A DNA stretch of 64,000 nucleotides from Candidatus Woesearchaeota archaeon (GTDB taxonomy: Archaea > Nanobdellota > Nanobdellia > Pacearchaeales > GW2011-AR1), in assembly GCA_964437555.1 (NCBI GenBank), contig CAYTHI010000001.1:35149-99148 (forward strand). The letters run 5' to 3'. Below, in pieces: positions 31,601 to 39,145 of this stretch (the first letter of the stretch is position 1; each line of letters opens with the position of its first letter). Below the pieces are notes generated by a model. That model was not told where the DNA came from. It did no database searches and was given only the letters and a program-made list of their open reading frames with translations. The position numbers and the translations under genes are program-made.

Positions 31601-31625
31601 TATAAGTATATTTTTTATGTACCAC
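25659..31625 (-). CDS. giant (1988-aa) cell-surface protein with N-terminal signal anchor, Gly/Ser linkers, tandem beta-sandwich and beta-helix-like domains, and dense N-glycosylation sequons
   Basis: Basic cytoplasmic N-terminus then TM 'LFPAAFFFVLGVLLLFFFI'. 'GSGSSGSGSS...SGGGSESGGGS' linkers. '...TPTFVWTAGSDDDGDSLFYEL' Ig-like motif. A run of NxT/NxS sequons (e.g. 'NLTNLSLNTELRNNFVFANSTIFSHLNKTANITFYN'). Confidence 0.6.
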   Translation of the reverse strand: MVHKKYTYKNGKRFGPYLYETERVDGKIITRYLGHAKSRNNLKKYLFPAAFFFVLGVLLLFFFISANLTGNATLDIKTRYVLGEQIEGNLILNLKAGELIPVDSVVLIGLNSIEREIALKDLITEQAVNGDFYAEGLDLSGSGEGYGISGIREIYPSVSFELEIVKEFGSGSSGSGSSKIDEPQMQDDLNADKKETPAESKENSEENKQETSDSNSESSGGGSESGGGSPAPGITGAAISEFSSGITGTAVNGQDFVHELSEGQSARLISGSVTANGEAIGDENVKVDINRNEVIVSTDYYLEEKGFGKEYLGNNKLTLIIDLEDFNFRADEGVLSAKLSYEGQTIVEVFQGISVSGNLNKSDEKNEEIVPEIGINKTSNESIISPNKTIEPNLSINVELVHDEIKLNEPVKWVKKVDNVDGPASFSIFIPEIAENISIDKIEKEFDNEGTDEVADVEENVEVSEPANNEPESINADITGSIITGAVTADLSLNRENRILKWFRNILRLTGFAVSEEAEAKEGKEILIELSEFEKGAKVSYYTPAPYAIEENLTDGRIGKKVLIIGPDEIHYENVLSFTNLDESYNLIDKDDLKIYWEEKQAYVVPVNVSDLDEDGIYDYAEWIIPELSNQTFDLIIEIVSAEHLDSNRTFISDIYPEVSKLDGNWSETIPAEHYVRVKFERNLTSDRDISIYPRAVNGSPRIEVYEINENKTIAEFESINDNEYNKVFLTGLEGEQDSFDLRILGGSVEFDHIIDPSTNYLINADASTTATGTTTGGFNAGKNIVRLNSDLLIALWQDASSDASCSDSSDEGVNWNTYDSLTGTHSDMAIATNGSAIIYMFTDDTGGQNDISYIYNVTADCNVANSGAIIDVSGGTNDNYRPDVAFDGTTTSGRFLACSMDNDDFDMDFSFTNLGATLAWTTRASAGGPGIAESCSLDMSSNGNVYIALDDAATSSLLVINSSGSFTANQTTIAYGLAVSNMHLSIRGTTILITAIDAASEDLVVINSSDGIVYSNATYAGTFNDSEGCLDANNNAHIVFENNTAIDYIKYTSTGFFTAQEQISDNTGALRFPSVRCSNYPSNNQLGSSELELVYTDQATDVYFANITIDTSAADKTSPQVMLINPSNNTITTTGIAAFGALFTDDVNVSNATLFVYNSTNDLVAQNFTGLGNSSIVGNITHNIGLNGSGAYYWNFLAMDNAIPHNQAFNTSNFTLTYSPADAAPPNITVYFPKGANYTFSDLPFTFNVSLDENGSVSYSMNNGVDNISMNGNEGKFGTAFTHSNNSLLTGTYVFRVYANDTLGNNNFTVNVTFGLNVSLVSACTTLHETGKTYFLNNTLSTTASCLVVNASNIALEGEGFTIEHTGPVIGTVHGIELRDPAENLTVKNTFIPDFTNSIGVTYTGNNGNGGKNITIRDSEVEGLLNNGEICDATCIASAGSGGPGGAFYLYNTNVTKQISAAMGAGDGSATSEGGLAYIEDTRLINLTNIAVNLSAFPTFKHGRLIINYSGQFADLNSSYGNNITITLINGTTSGGEIKFISGTSALNLTNLSLNTELRNNFVFANSTIFSHLNKTANITFYNMPGNFRYPKVYRDNAICNDCYNFTSLNAGTVIFNISGFSNYSIQDSNNAPAAPTPEINSTLGTNRTNENLNCFDTLIDPEGDRINVTVMWINNSLSHLVVDFNNSYANNSFFNATLLSGNTTKNHNWTCSMRLYDGLEYSNWVNSSNLTIINTPPGTPTLSSPADGSSTTDRTPTFVWTAGSDDDGDSLFYELNLTCRNILGGGCSGYGEDNRHISFPLGLTSHKLSGDLLYLYDNNYQYNWSIRAYDEQDYSAWTDFFRVNISSLIQMSLPNSSINFGQISQFGTNDTSDNSPLPFLIQNDGNSFVNVTIGATDLWRSQANPSTNYQFKIDNYTLENGSFNWVLSKFTYTNITLTASPILAIARLNYTNATDTAEIDINVTVPLQEAAGARNSTVTFTGSLGE

Positions 31626-31734
31626 TATCCCTCTTTTGTAAGAGAACTGCTTTCAGCAGTTCAAATATACTAAAATACTGGTATTTATAAGTATTTCTTT
31701 ATTTTTCCTAAAAATAAATATAAGTTCTCTTACA

Positions 31735-33678
31735 TTATAATCCAACTTGAAATATCCAATTTGCGTCTTCACTGAATCCGCAGGGGTCTATTATTCCTGC
31801 GCTTTCATTATGGATTGTCGTTGCATTGCACGCTCCAAAATAAGACAAGGAGGAAAAGCAGTCTGGGTCTGAATCATCTGTAAACCCATCATAATCATTA
31901 TCCAACCCATCCCTGCATTGAAACAAGCTGGGAGTGGGAATATGTTGGGTTATATCAATATATTTATTATTCCCGAGTGATTTGAAATAAAAAATATTAT
32001 CTTCTTTTCTAACTGTGCTGAAGTTTTTAGATATAAAATTAATTTCTGTAAAATTCCCTATTGGAATCTGTAAAAGCCTCCCGCCCCGCCCTATAAGCCC
32101 GACTTGTCTGAAATTTGGCTGCAAACTTAGGGGAGGAAACCAGTGGCTTAATGTGATTGAATCAAATCCCGCATGCTGTGCAATTGCAATCCCTGATTTT
32201 ATTGAATATCCATAATAATCCTGGCTGAAATTATAAAATGCAGGCGAATATTCTGTTGAGCTTAATCCTTTTCCTGTTATTCCATTATCTCTCCATATTG
32301 CCCTTACAAGATTTGCTATATATTTTCCCTGCTGCGGAAATCCATGATACGTGTGAATATCAAGGTAATCATAATATGCCGAGCCATTAACAGCAACAGC
32401 TTTTAGAAATTCGTAAGTTACTCTTCCTTCCCGGTCTCCTAGAGTTACAATCTTGATTCCGGGGCGGCCATCGCTTGACCTATAATAAAATCCATCAATA
32501 ATATAACTGTCCTCATTAAATCCCGCATAAAGCGCGGCATTATCAACACCTGTTACTCCGAAAGTTAAAACAGGAAGCGATGGAGCAACTTCTTTTACAG
32601 CAAGATAAGAAATATTCATCAAACTTAATATCTGTACCTCTTTATCTGTTCCAAGCGGGCCATAATCGTAGCTGGCATTAACTTCAAATTGATGGCCCCA
32701 CTCATTGCCTATTTGCACCCCAACAAAATAATCTCTGTATACCGGATTGTTGTAATACCTGTCCGTTATGTTTTTTATATAATCTGTCCATTGCTGCTCG
32801 CTTTTCGGATAAGAGTCCGGCTCCTGAAGCCCTATCCCTCCCAAAGTAAATGAGACTGTTGAAAGGTCAGGATGATTTGACCTTACCGTGAGAAGAAATT
32901 TCATATTTGCATTCTTAAAGTTATTGGCTGCCGCATCTAATCCGGTGAAATTGTAGGTTAATGCTGTGCCATTTTGAACATTATACCAGTCTAATATAGA
33001 GCGATGATATTGCACTCCTGTTTGGTTTGTCTGGCTTAACGTAGCTGAAGATGAGCCTACCGAATGAAGTCCCAATACGGGCAGCGGAGTTATGCTTGGA
33101 TTTAGCAAGCCATTTCTTATTCTCGTGCATGTATCTAAATCAAAGTCAGATAGATTAATGATTTTATAGCTGCCGCATGCTCCAACCGGAGGGATATTGC
33201 CGCTGGAAGCCTGTTGCGTGCAAATTGCTTCAAGCCCTGAAAAATCACACAATCCCGAAGATAAAACTCCTGCAACATCAACTGACTCAACTGAAGCACC
33301 CCCTAAATCTAAATCCAAATTAAAATCATAAACTTCAAAGCCAAACTCGCCGGGAAAATTATTTGTTTCTGACAGGATTATGTTTCCGTTAGAAGTCTTA
33401 AATAAAAATTTAATTTCTCTTAGCTGCCCCTGACCTGCTCCTCTGCGAACACCGACTTCAATTCTGTTTCCATCAATAATCAAGTCACAATTCTCAGCTT
33501 TCAAATCCAAATCAAAACAGCTTAGCAGTCTGCCCTGCTCTCCGCTTCCTCCTTCTCCTGTTCCTAAAATCTTAGTTACCGGAGGCTGAACAAAAATCCA
33601 AACAATTGCAATAGCAACAAGTGCAATCAATATCACAAGAACAGTTGTAACAATGCTACTAATTCCTCTTTTTCGCAT
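31735..33678 (-). CDS. secreted protein with archaeal prepilin-like (class III-type) N-terminus and a conserved Cys-containing N-module; C-terminal region carries a glycoside-hydrolase-like 'GNEW' motif (tentative)
   Basis: 'MRKRG|ISSIVTTVLVILIALVAIAIVWIFVQP'. The N-module is homologous to that of 39146..41413. 'VGVQIGNEWGHQF' resembles a GH-A acid/base motif. Confidence 0.5.
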   Translation of the reverse strand: MRKRGISSIVTTVLVILIALVAIAIVWIFVQPPVTKILGTGEGGSGEQGRLLSCFDLDLKAENCDLIIDGNRIEVGVRRGAGQGQLREIKFLFKTSNGNIILSETNNFPGEFGFEVYDFNLDLDLGGASVESVDVAGVLSSGLCDFSGLEAICTQQASSGNIPPVGACGSYKIINLSDFDLDTCTRIRNGLLNPSITPLPVLGLHSVGSSSATLSQTNQTGVQYHRSILDWYNVQNGTALTYNFTGLDAAANNFKNANMKFLLTVRSNHPDLSTVSFTLGGIGLQEPDSYPKSEQQWTDYIKNITDRYYNNPVYRDYFVGVQIGNEWGHQFEVNASYDYGPLGTDKEVQILSLMNISYLAVKEVAPSLPVLTFGVTGVDNAALYAGFNEDSYIIDGFYYRSSDGRPGIKIVTLGDREGRVTYEFLKAVAVNGSAYYDYLDIHTYHGFPQQGKYIANLVRAIWRDNGITGKGLSSTEYSPAFYNFSQDYYGYSIKSGIAIAQHAGFDSITLSHWFPPLSLQPNFRQVGLIGRGGRLLQIPIGNFTEINFISKNFSTVRKEDNIFYFKSLGNNKYIDITQHIPTPSLFQCRDGLDNDYDGFTDDSDPDCFSSLSYFGACNATTIHNESAGIIDPCGFSEDANWIFQVGL

Positions 33679-33872
33679 GCCTAATATTAAACAGGCGCTT
33701 ATTTAAAATTAATCAAAGAAGGTTATTATTTTGATACTGAAAAAATTAAGTGGATTTTAATGAACTGCTTAAGATATAAATATGTGCTTTAATATGTCAG
33801 GATTTATTTTTTGCGTAAACTCCCAACTTTAGTTCGTGATGAAGCAAAAATCAAAACACGTTCTTAACAAAC

Positions 33873-35444
33873 TTACTGCGGTCTGTTCCTCGCCGGATTA
33901 GGAACATTGCATTCCTGATTATAATCCGACTGTGCAGAAACCGGAGAATTTAAGTTATTCGGCTGTGTTATAACTTTTGCAGTATTCTCTATATGAACAG
34001 AAGTCTGCCCCCATTCTATCTTCCTTGCGGCAACATCGTTTATAAAACCGATTAATGTATAAGAGCTCTGTCCGTTGTTCGGGCTAATCATCTCCGTAGT
34101 TTCTGCCGGACCTTTAAATCCATGAACTCTCTTTAAATCTCCTGTTCCTTTTTTGATAAAAAGCCAATCTGTCCAAACAAAAGTATCCTGCTCTTTGTTC
34201 CCATATTGGGCATATCTGTGTATTGTCTGGCAGAGAGCAAGTAATTTAGCTGGAAATTCAGGGGCATTCTGGTCTCCTAAACCCGAAACAGCAATTAAAT
34301 CTTCCTTATTAATTACTGGCAGGATTCTTAAATCCAGGTTTCCGAATCTTGAATGATAGTGTTCTGTTAAATCTAAAACATCAAGGCATTCATCTCCTCC
34401 GGAATAAGTAGCTCCGTTCTGTTCGCAGGGCTGTAAGACATTATAATTATCAAGTCGATTCTGCAAATCTGCCTTTTTTTGAGCATTTGTTACTATATCA
34501 TTCCCGTCCCATACTCTCGCTGTTGGAGAACCAGCCTGAGGAATTATAGTGAATTTTGCATTTGGCTTATTATAAATTAAATCTCCTATTCTCCACGCAT
34601 TATACCATACTCCGAATCCTCCTGCTGAACTGCCTGTCATTAGTATCTCTGCATTATTTAAGTTAAAGCCCGTTGGCTGTAATCTTTCAAAGACTTTATC
34701 TAATCCTAATTCAACATTTTTTGCTCCGTCATGCAATATATTAAAATAGACTTTCTCAACTTCAAACCTGCCATTAATGTTAGTGCCTTGAATTTCTAAT
34801 CCTTTTATTTGCGATTGTATTTCCTGTATTGTATTCCCCCTATTGTTGAGCAACGTCTCAATCTCCTGCACTATTTTCGTAACTTCTGAAAAATCATATC
34901 TCTTGGCTGATGTTTCTCTCCCTGAATGGAAATCCTGCGTGCAATAAGGTATAGTAACCCAGTTGGCATCTTTGACGAATAATTCATTGTCTGGATGGTC
35001 AATAAAAATAAATTGCTCAATTTCTAATGGCCCGCCTCTTTTTGGAGATGTTAATGCCCGCATTTCTTTCAGACTCCCTATGGCTGTATTCAGAGTTCCG
35101 TCTATATTTTTAGAAGTTGAGCCCCCGCCAGGAAACCAGATTACCAGACGATTGTTTGGCTTATTATTTAAAGAAGGTCCTTGCGAGAATAAGATTTGAT
35201 ATGGCTCTCCATTGCCGCATTTTGCGCCGTCAACTATTATTGTTTCCCATTCGCTTCTGTCTGTGAAGATAGGGAAGTTCGGGATTTCTTCCTCCTCTTC
35301 TTCTCCTCCCCCGGAGCCTCCTCCGCCTCCTTTTCCCCCTTTCTTAAAAATACCAAGCCGCGGAGCCAGCACAGCAAGTAAAAGCACGACTATTATAAGA
35401 GCAGCAATGATAATAATTATGGTTTTTTGCTGGCTTTTTTCCAT
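33873..35444 (-). CDS. membrane-anchored alpha/beta-hydrolase-fold esterase (GxSAGG nucleophile elbow)
   Basis: N-terminal TM then 'KKGGKGGGGGSGGGEEEEEE' linker. 'ILMTGSSAGGFGVW' and 'VIWFPGGGS' are esterase/pectin-acetylesterase-like motifs. Confidence 0.5.
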   Translation of the reverse strand: MEKSQQKTIIIIIAALIIVVLLLAVLAPRLGIFKKGGKGGGGGSGGGEEEEEEIPNFPIFTDRSEWETIIVDGAKCGNGEPYQILFSQGPSLNNKPNNRLVIWFPGGGSTSKNIDGTLNTAIGSLKEMRALTSPKRGGPLEIEQFIFIDHPDNELFVKDANWVTIPYCTQDFHSGRETSAKRYDFSEVTKIVQEIETLLNNRGNTIQEIQSQIKGLEIQGTNINGRFEVEKVYFNILHDGAKNVELGLDKVFERLQPTGFNLNNAEILMTGSSAGGFGVWYNAWRIGDLIYNKPNAKFTIIPQAGSPTARVWDGNDIVTNAQKKADLQNRLDNYNVLQPCEQNGATYSGGDECLDVLDLTEHYHSRFGNLDLRILPVINKEDLIAVSGLGDQNAPEFPAKLLALCQTIHRYAQYGNKEQDTFVWTDWLFIKKGTGDLKRVHGFKGPAETTEMISPNNGQSSYTLIGFINDVAARKIEWGQTSVHIENTAKVITQPNNLNSPVSAQSDYNQECNVPNPARNRPQ

Positions 35445-35648
35445 TCAATATTCAGGGAAAAATGTTATATAAAACTTTCCTCTTTGTTGGCTTTGTTTAA
35501 TAAGTAGTCGCTGTTTAAAAAGTCCTTAAAAAAAATTTAAGATTTTTTCTTTTTCTTTAATGCTTCTTAATTGAATAATGCAAAGAACTTATTCATCAGG
35601 CAAAGGAAATTGTTTATACAAAGAAAAGTAAAGGAATAGCATAAAAAC

Positions 35649-36074
35649 TTAATCAAAAATTTTTCCCTTTTTAAAACTCATAAATCTATCATGCAAGATT
35701 TCAACATTTCTGTCGCAGACAAAATCATGCTGCCTGAAGCCGCCGCCAAAGCTTTTTGGTATGTGCATCAGCTCATGAATAATTACTTTATCCTGTTCTT
35801 CTCTGCCTAATTTATCAAATTTTTCCAAGAACTCTATCGCATAATGGGCTTTTGTATTCATCGCTTTCTGCATAAGCTTTCCTATTGTGTGACAGCGGGC
35901 TAAAGTCCTTCTTGTTGAAGAGCCAAAACCTCTAAAGCATTTGACTCTGCTAACATCTATGTGAGCCATTTCCAGAACAGCAACAATCTCATTCATTCTT
36001 GCCTGCAAATCAGGCGCATGTTCATATTTCATCCAAGTTATTTTATCCTCTGCTTTATAATTTTTCCTGTGCAA
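35649..36074 (-). CDS. HExxH zinc-metallopeptidase-like protein (SprT/WLM-like minimal)
   Basis: 'VIIHELMHIP' HExxH motif in a 141-aa protein. Confidence 0.5.
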   Translation of the reverse strand: MHRKNYKAEDKITWMKYEHAPDLQARMNEIVAVLEMAHIDVSRVKCFRGFGSSTRRTLARCHTIGKLMQKAMNTKAHYAIEFLEKFDKLGREEQDKVIIHELMHIPKSFGGGFRQHDFVCDRNVEILHDRFMSFKKGKIFD

Positions 36075-36176
36075 GCTAATTTCTCAGTAAAAGAACATTA
36101 ACAATTTTCTTTTAATCTCCTCTTTTATTATAAGTATTTACCAATTAAGGGAAAAATGCCCAGAGATAGACTATTT

Positions 36177-36255
36177 GAAAAGCAGGAGCCTCGTCAAGAG
36201 GATCCCTGTCGCAGTAGAGGTTAAGCCTGTTGTCGTCGGCGTCGAACCTGACAGC
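36177..36255. repeat. GC-rich 79-bp direct repeat, copy 1 (decayed copy of the 3' end of gene 36574..37236)
   Basis: About 88% identical to 36591..36669; differences are mostly C>T. On the minus strand it encodes 'AVRFDADDNRLNLYCDRDPLDEAPAF', preceded by an in-frame TGA. Confidence 0.7.
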
Positions 36256-36573
36256 TCAATGTAGCCAATTAATCGCGTGAACTTCTTCACGTCGGGAATC
36301 TCGCCCGCACAAAGCAAATTAATTGCTCACTGGAACTTCTCGCAAGTCGCTCCTGAATTTTATGGCTTAAAATAAATTTCAACAATGCCCTGATTAACTG
36401 GCGTGTAGTCCATCCGGTTTTCTTCTTGTCTTCAGTTGCTCATGCTGAAATCCAGAGAAAGAAAACTTTCTGGGCGAAAAACAGAAGAAAGCTTGCTTTA
36501 AATTTTTTGCGGCGCGCAGTGCGCACATCATCACAAGAAAAAAATCAAACAAAAGCGAGCAAAACAGATTTAC

Positions 36574-37236
36574 TTAATCTGCCGATACCCGAAAAGCAGG
36601 AGCCCCGTCAAGAGGACCCCCGTCGCAGCAGAGGCCAAGCCCGTAGTCGCCGGCGTCGAACCTGACAGCCCTTTTTTCAAGTTGCACTGGTCTTAAACTT
36701 TCTCTCCAAAGATAAAAATCTGTCCCATTAATCCAGTTAGAAACTCTATTAATCTGCTGAATATCTTGTGTTCCAATAATTCTTTTCAAGACTTGCTTAT
36801 CTGGAATTTGAGCAATCCAGTCAACTGGGCCAACAATATTTCCTTTTAAAGCATATTGGTCTGAAACCCCAACATTATGCAAAACAGAGTCTCCTTCCGG
36901 AGAGTAATCTATTCCTGTTGAAGTATTTACCCAATTCCTAAAGGCGGCCCTAAGAACATCTCTAAGTCTCTCGCCTGCTTCAGTTGAACGAAGTTCATAA
37001 CCTCTTTGAGCAATAGCCCATACTTCTTGGGCATTTGCAGGGTAAGGATTTCCTGCCTGTCTTTCTCTCTCATGAAACTCGTTAAGCTGTTCTTGATTCA
37101 TCGCAGGAGTCATATTATCAAAAAGAGAATAAGTCTTTATGGCATCCCTATGAAAAACTCCTGGAACTACAAGTCTGCCTTCATTTCTCCAAGTAGTTAT
37201 ATATGGGGGGACGTATTTAATTCCTATTTCTGCCAT
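36574..37236 (-). CDS. hypothetical protein (220 aa) whose C-terminus is encoded by the GC-rich repeat
   Basis: ORF; composition atypical for the genome (Ala/Arg/Gly/Pro-richer). Confidence 0.45.
   Translation of the reverse strand: MAEIGIKYVPPYITTWRNEGRLVVPGVFHRDAIKTYSLFDNMTPAMNQEQLNEFHERERQAGNPYPANAQEVWAIAQRGYELRSTEAGERLRDVLRAAFRNWVNTSTGIDYSPEGDSVLHNVGVSDQYALKGNIVGPVDWIAQIPDKQVLKRIIGTQDIQQINRVSNWINGTDFYLWRESLRPVQLEKRAVRFDAGDYGLGLCCDGGPLDGAPAFRVSAD
36591..36669. repeat. GC-rich 79-bp direct repeat, copy 2 (forms the 3' coding end of gene 36574..37236)
   Basis: Encodes 'AVRFDAGDYGLGLCCDGGPLDGAPAF' on the minus strand. GC ~65% within a ~33% GC genome. Confidence 0.7.
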
Positions 37237-37430
37237 GTCTTTCCTAAAAAATAGGACTATTTAAATCTTTCTATTATGTTACCACTATTTAGAAATACCT
37301 TGATTTAAAGATGAGGGGATATTGCTCGAATAATTTATTTGCTCTTTGTAAATCAAAAATTAAATGCACAGGGCAGGATTAAGATTTTCTAATTGCCTGA
37401 TACTTTTTACTTATCCTTTATTTCTCTTTT

Positions 37431-37652
37431 TTATTTCTCTTTTATCTCAATTATCTTATTCCTGCTGGCAGGATTTTTAATCTTTATACTTTTCCAGCCA
37501 ACTCCAAGCTCTTTGGAAAGCAGATTAATTAATCTCCTATTTGCTTTCCCGTCTTCAGCAGGCTCTTTGACAGAAACATGGTATTCATTATCTCCAATTT
37601 TCTCAATTTTCTCCTCTTTCGCGCCTGGCTTTACTTTGACTTTTATTATCAT
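37431..37652 (-). CDS. DUF167 (YggU-like) protein
   Basis: 'KVKVKPGAKEEKI...DGKANRRLINLLSKELGV' matches the DUF167 pattern. Confidence 0.6.
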   Translation of the reverse strand: MIIKVKVKPGAKEEKIEKIGDNEYHVSVKEPAEDGKANRRLINLLSKELGVGWKSIKIKNPASRNKIIEIKEK

Positions 37653-37926
37653 AAAGTTAAAAGAACAATAAAGATTATAATCCTTGCTGAAAAAATTAAG
37701 GATAAAAATAATTAATCCTGGATATTAATCCCGCGATTCAATCTTGCTGGCTGAAGGCGGGGAAGGTTATGATTAATAATATCTATGTTTTCTATATAAG
37801 TTTCTCTAAAACCAGTTATGTAAAGTTATAATAAACTGCAAACAACCTAAAGATAAGGTTTCTTAATAAATTCCCTGCAAAAGTTAAAATGGAAAACTTT
37901 ATATACTTAGTTACTTAGTAACCAGT

Positions 37927-38178
37927 ATGGAATCAAAGGGCGTAAAAATAAGCGATGAGAATTACCGCTGGCTCGCAACTCTGGCTGCTGAATTGCAAAA
38001 GCAGAAGCAGCGTCCGATATCATTAGACGAAGCTCTTACGGAGATAAAAATGAAAAAATCAGATAAAAAAAACATATTGTCCTTTGCAGGAATGTGGAAA
38101 ATAAGCGACAAGGAAGCTGACAAATTAAAAAGCAAAGTCAGAGCAGGATGGGTTAAATGGAAAACAAAGCCTGCTTAG
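37927..38178 (+). CDS. putative antitoxin (VapB-like) of second VapBC pair
   Basis: 83-aa protein overlapping the downstream PIN gene by 22 nt. Confidence 0.45.
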   Translation: MESKGVKISDENYRWLATLAAELQKQKQRPISLDEALTEIKMKKSDKKNILSFAGMWKISDKEADKLKSKVRAGWVKWKTKPA

Positions 38179-38552
38179 ACACAGATTTCTTAATTGACTT
38201 TTTAAGAAATAAAAAAGAAAAAGTAGAATGGATAAAGAATAATTCAGAAGCAAGCTTAGCAACAACTATAATTAACGTGTTTGAATTGTATTATGGAGAA
38301 TATAAATTAGAATCAAGAAAAAATTTAGAAAAACTGGAAGATTTCCTGAATAGTTTTTATATTCTGAATTTAAATAATGAAATAGTAAAAAAAGCAGGGG
38401 AAGTTGCCGCCCAGCTTGAAAAGCAGGGTAATATGCTGGAATTTAGGGATATATTAATTGCAGTAACAGCATCACATAATAATTATTCATTAAAGACAAA
38501 TAACAAAAAGCATTTTGAAAGAATAAAAGATTTGAAGATACTGGATGACTAA
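38157..38552 (+). CDS. vapC: PIN-domain toxin VapC (second copy)
   Basis: 'LDTDFLIDFL', 'VFELYYG' and 'FRDILIAVTA' carry the PIN catalytic residues. Confidence 0.7.
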   Translation: MENKACLDTDFLIDFLRNKKEKVEWIKNNSEASLATTIINVFELYYGEYKLESRKNLEKLEDFLNSFYILNLNNEIVKKAGEVAAQLEKQGNMLEFRDILIAVTASHNNYSLKTNNKKHFERIKDLKILDD

Positions 38553-39130
38553 AACCCCAATTCCTTTTTTATACCATTCAAAGCACTAATAACAATCTCA
38601 AAATGCCCTTTCCTATTAACTCCCAACTCCTTAATCCCAAGTTCAATATCTTCCCGGCTAATCGCCTTGGCAAAATCCTTTTTCTTCATCGCTTTTTCAA
38701 CGCTTTCGCCAGTAATACTGGCAAAATTATCGGGCTTTACTTTAGCTAAAGCGACTATTAATCCGCATAATTCATCAACAGCAAAAAGAGTTTTTGCCAT
38801 CAAGCTATTTCTAGGCAAATGATGTGGATTATAATAATTGTGCCCTTTAATTGCCTCAATTATTTCAGCATCATATCCCTGCTTTTCTAATTCTTCACAT
38901 CCCGGGAAAGGATGCCTGTCCATTATAGGATATTTCTCCCAGTCAAAATCGTGCAATAATCCTGCAATAAACCATTTTTCTATTTCATTTTCGCTTAAAT
39001 TATTTTTAATAGCATAAGCTTCCATTGCAGAAGCAACAGCAAGGCAATGTCTTCTCAAACTTTCAGAAGAAACCCATTCTTTCAATAGTTGCAAAGCATC
39101 GCTGCGTGTTTTCATATCCCGCAGAAACAA
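38549..39130 (-). CDS. HD-domain phosphohydrolase
   Basis: 'HCLAVASAME...GLLHDFD' is the H...HD metal-binding motif. Confidence 0.65.
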   Translation of the reverse strand: MFLRDMKTRSDALQLLKEWVSSESLRRHCLAVASAMEAYAIKNNLSENEIEKWFIAGLLHDFDWEKYPIMDRHPFPGCEELEKQGYDAEIIEAIKGHNYYNPHHLPRNSLMAKTLFAVDELCGLIVALAKVKPDNFASITGESVEKAMKKKDFAKAISREDIELGIKELGVNRKGHFEIVISALNGIKKELGF

Positions 39131-39145
39131 ATTGGTTTTATAAAA

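Noticed and set aside
36426-36665. 79-aa plus-strand ORF ending in an Arg-rich tail
   Set aside because: Its 3' third is the opposite-strand reading of the GC-rich repeat, which encodes the C-terminus of the minus-strand gene. Most likely spurious.
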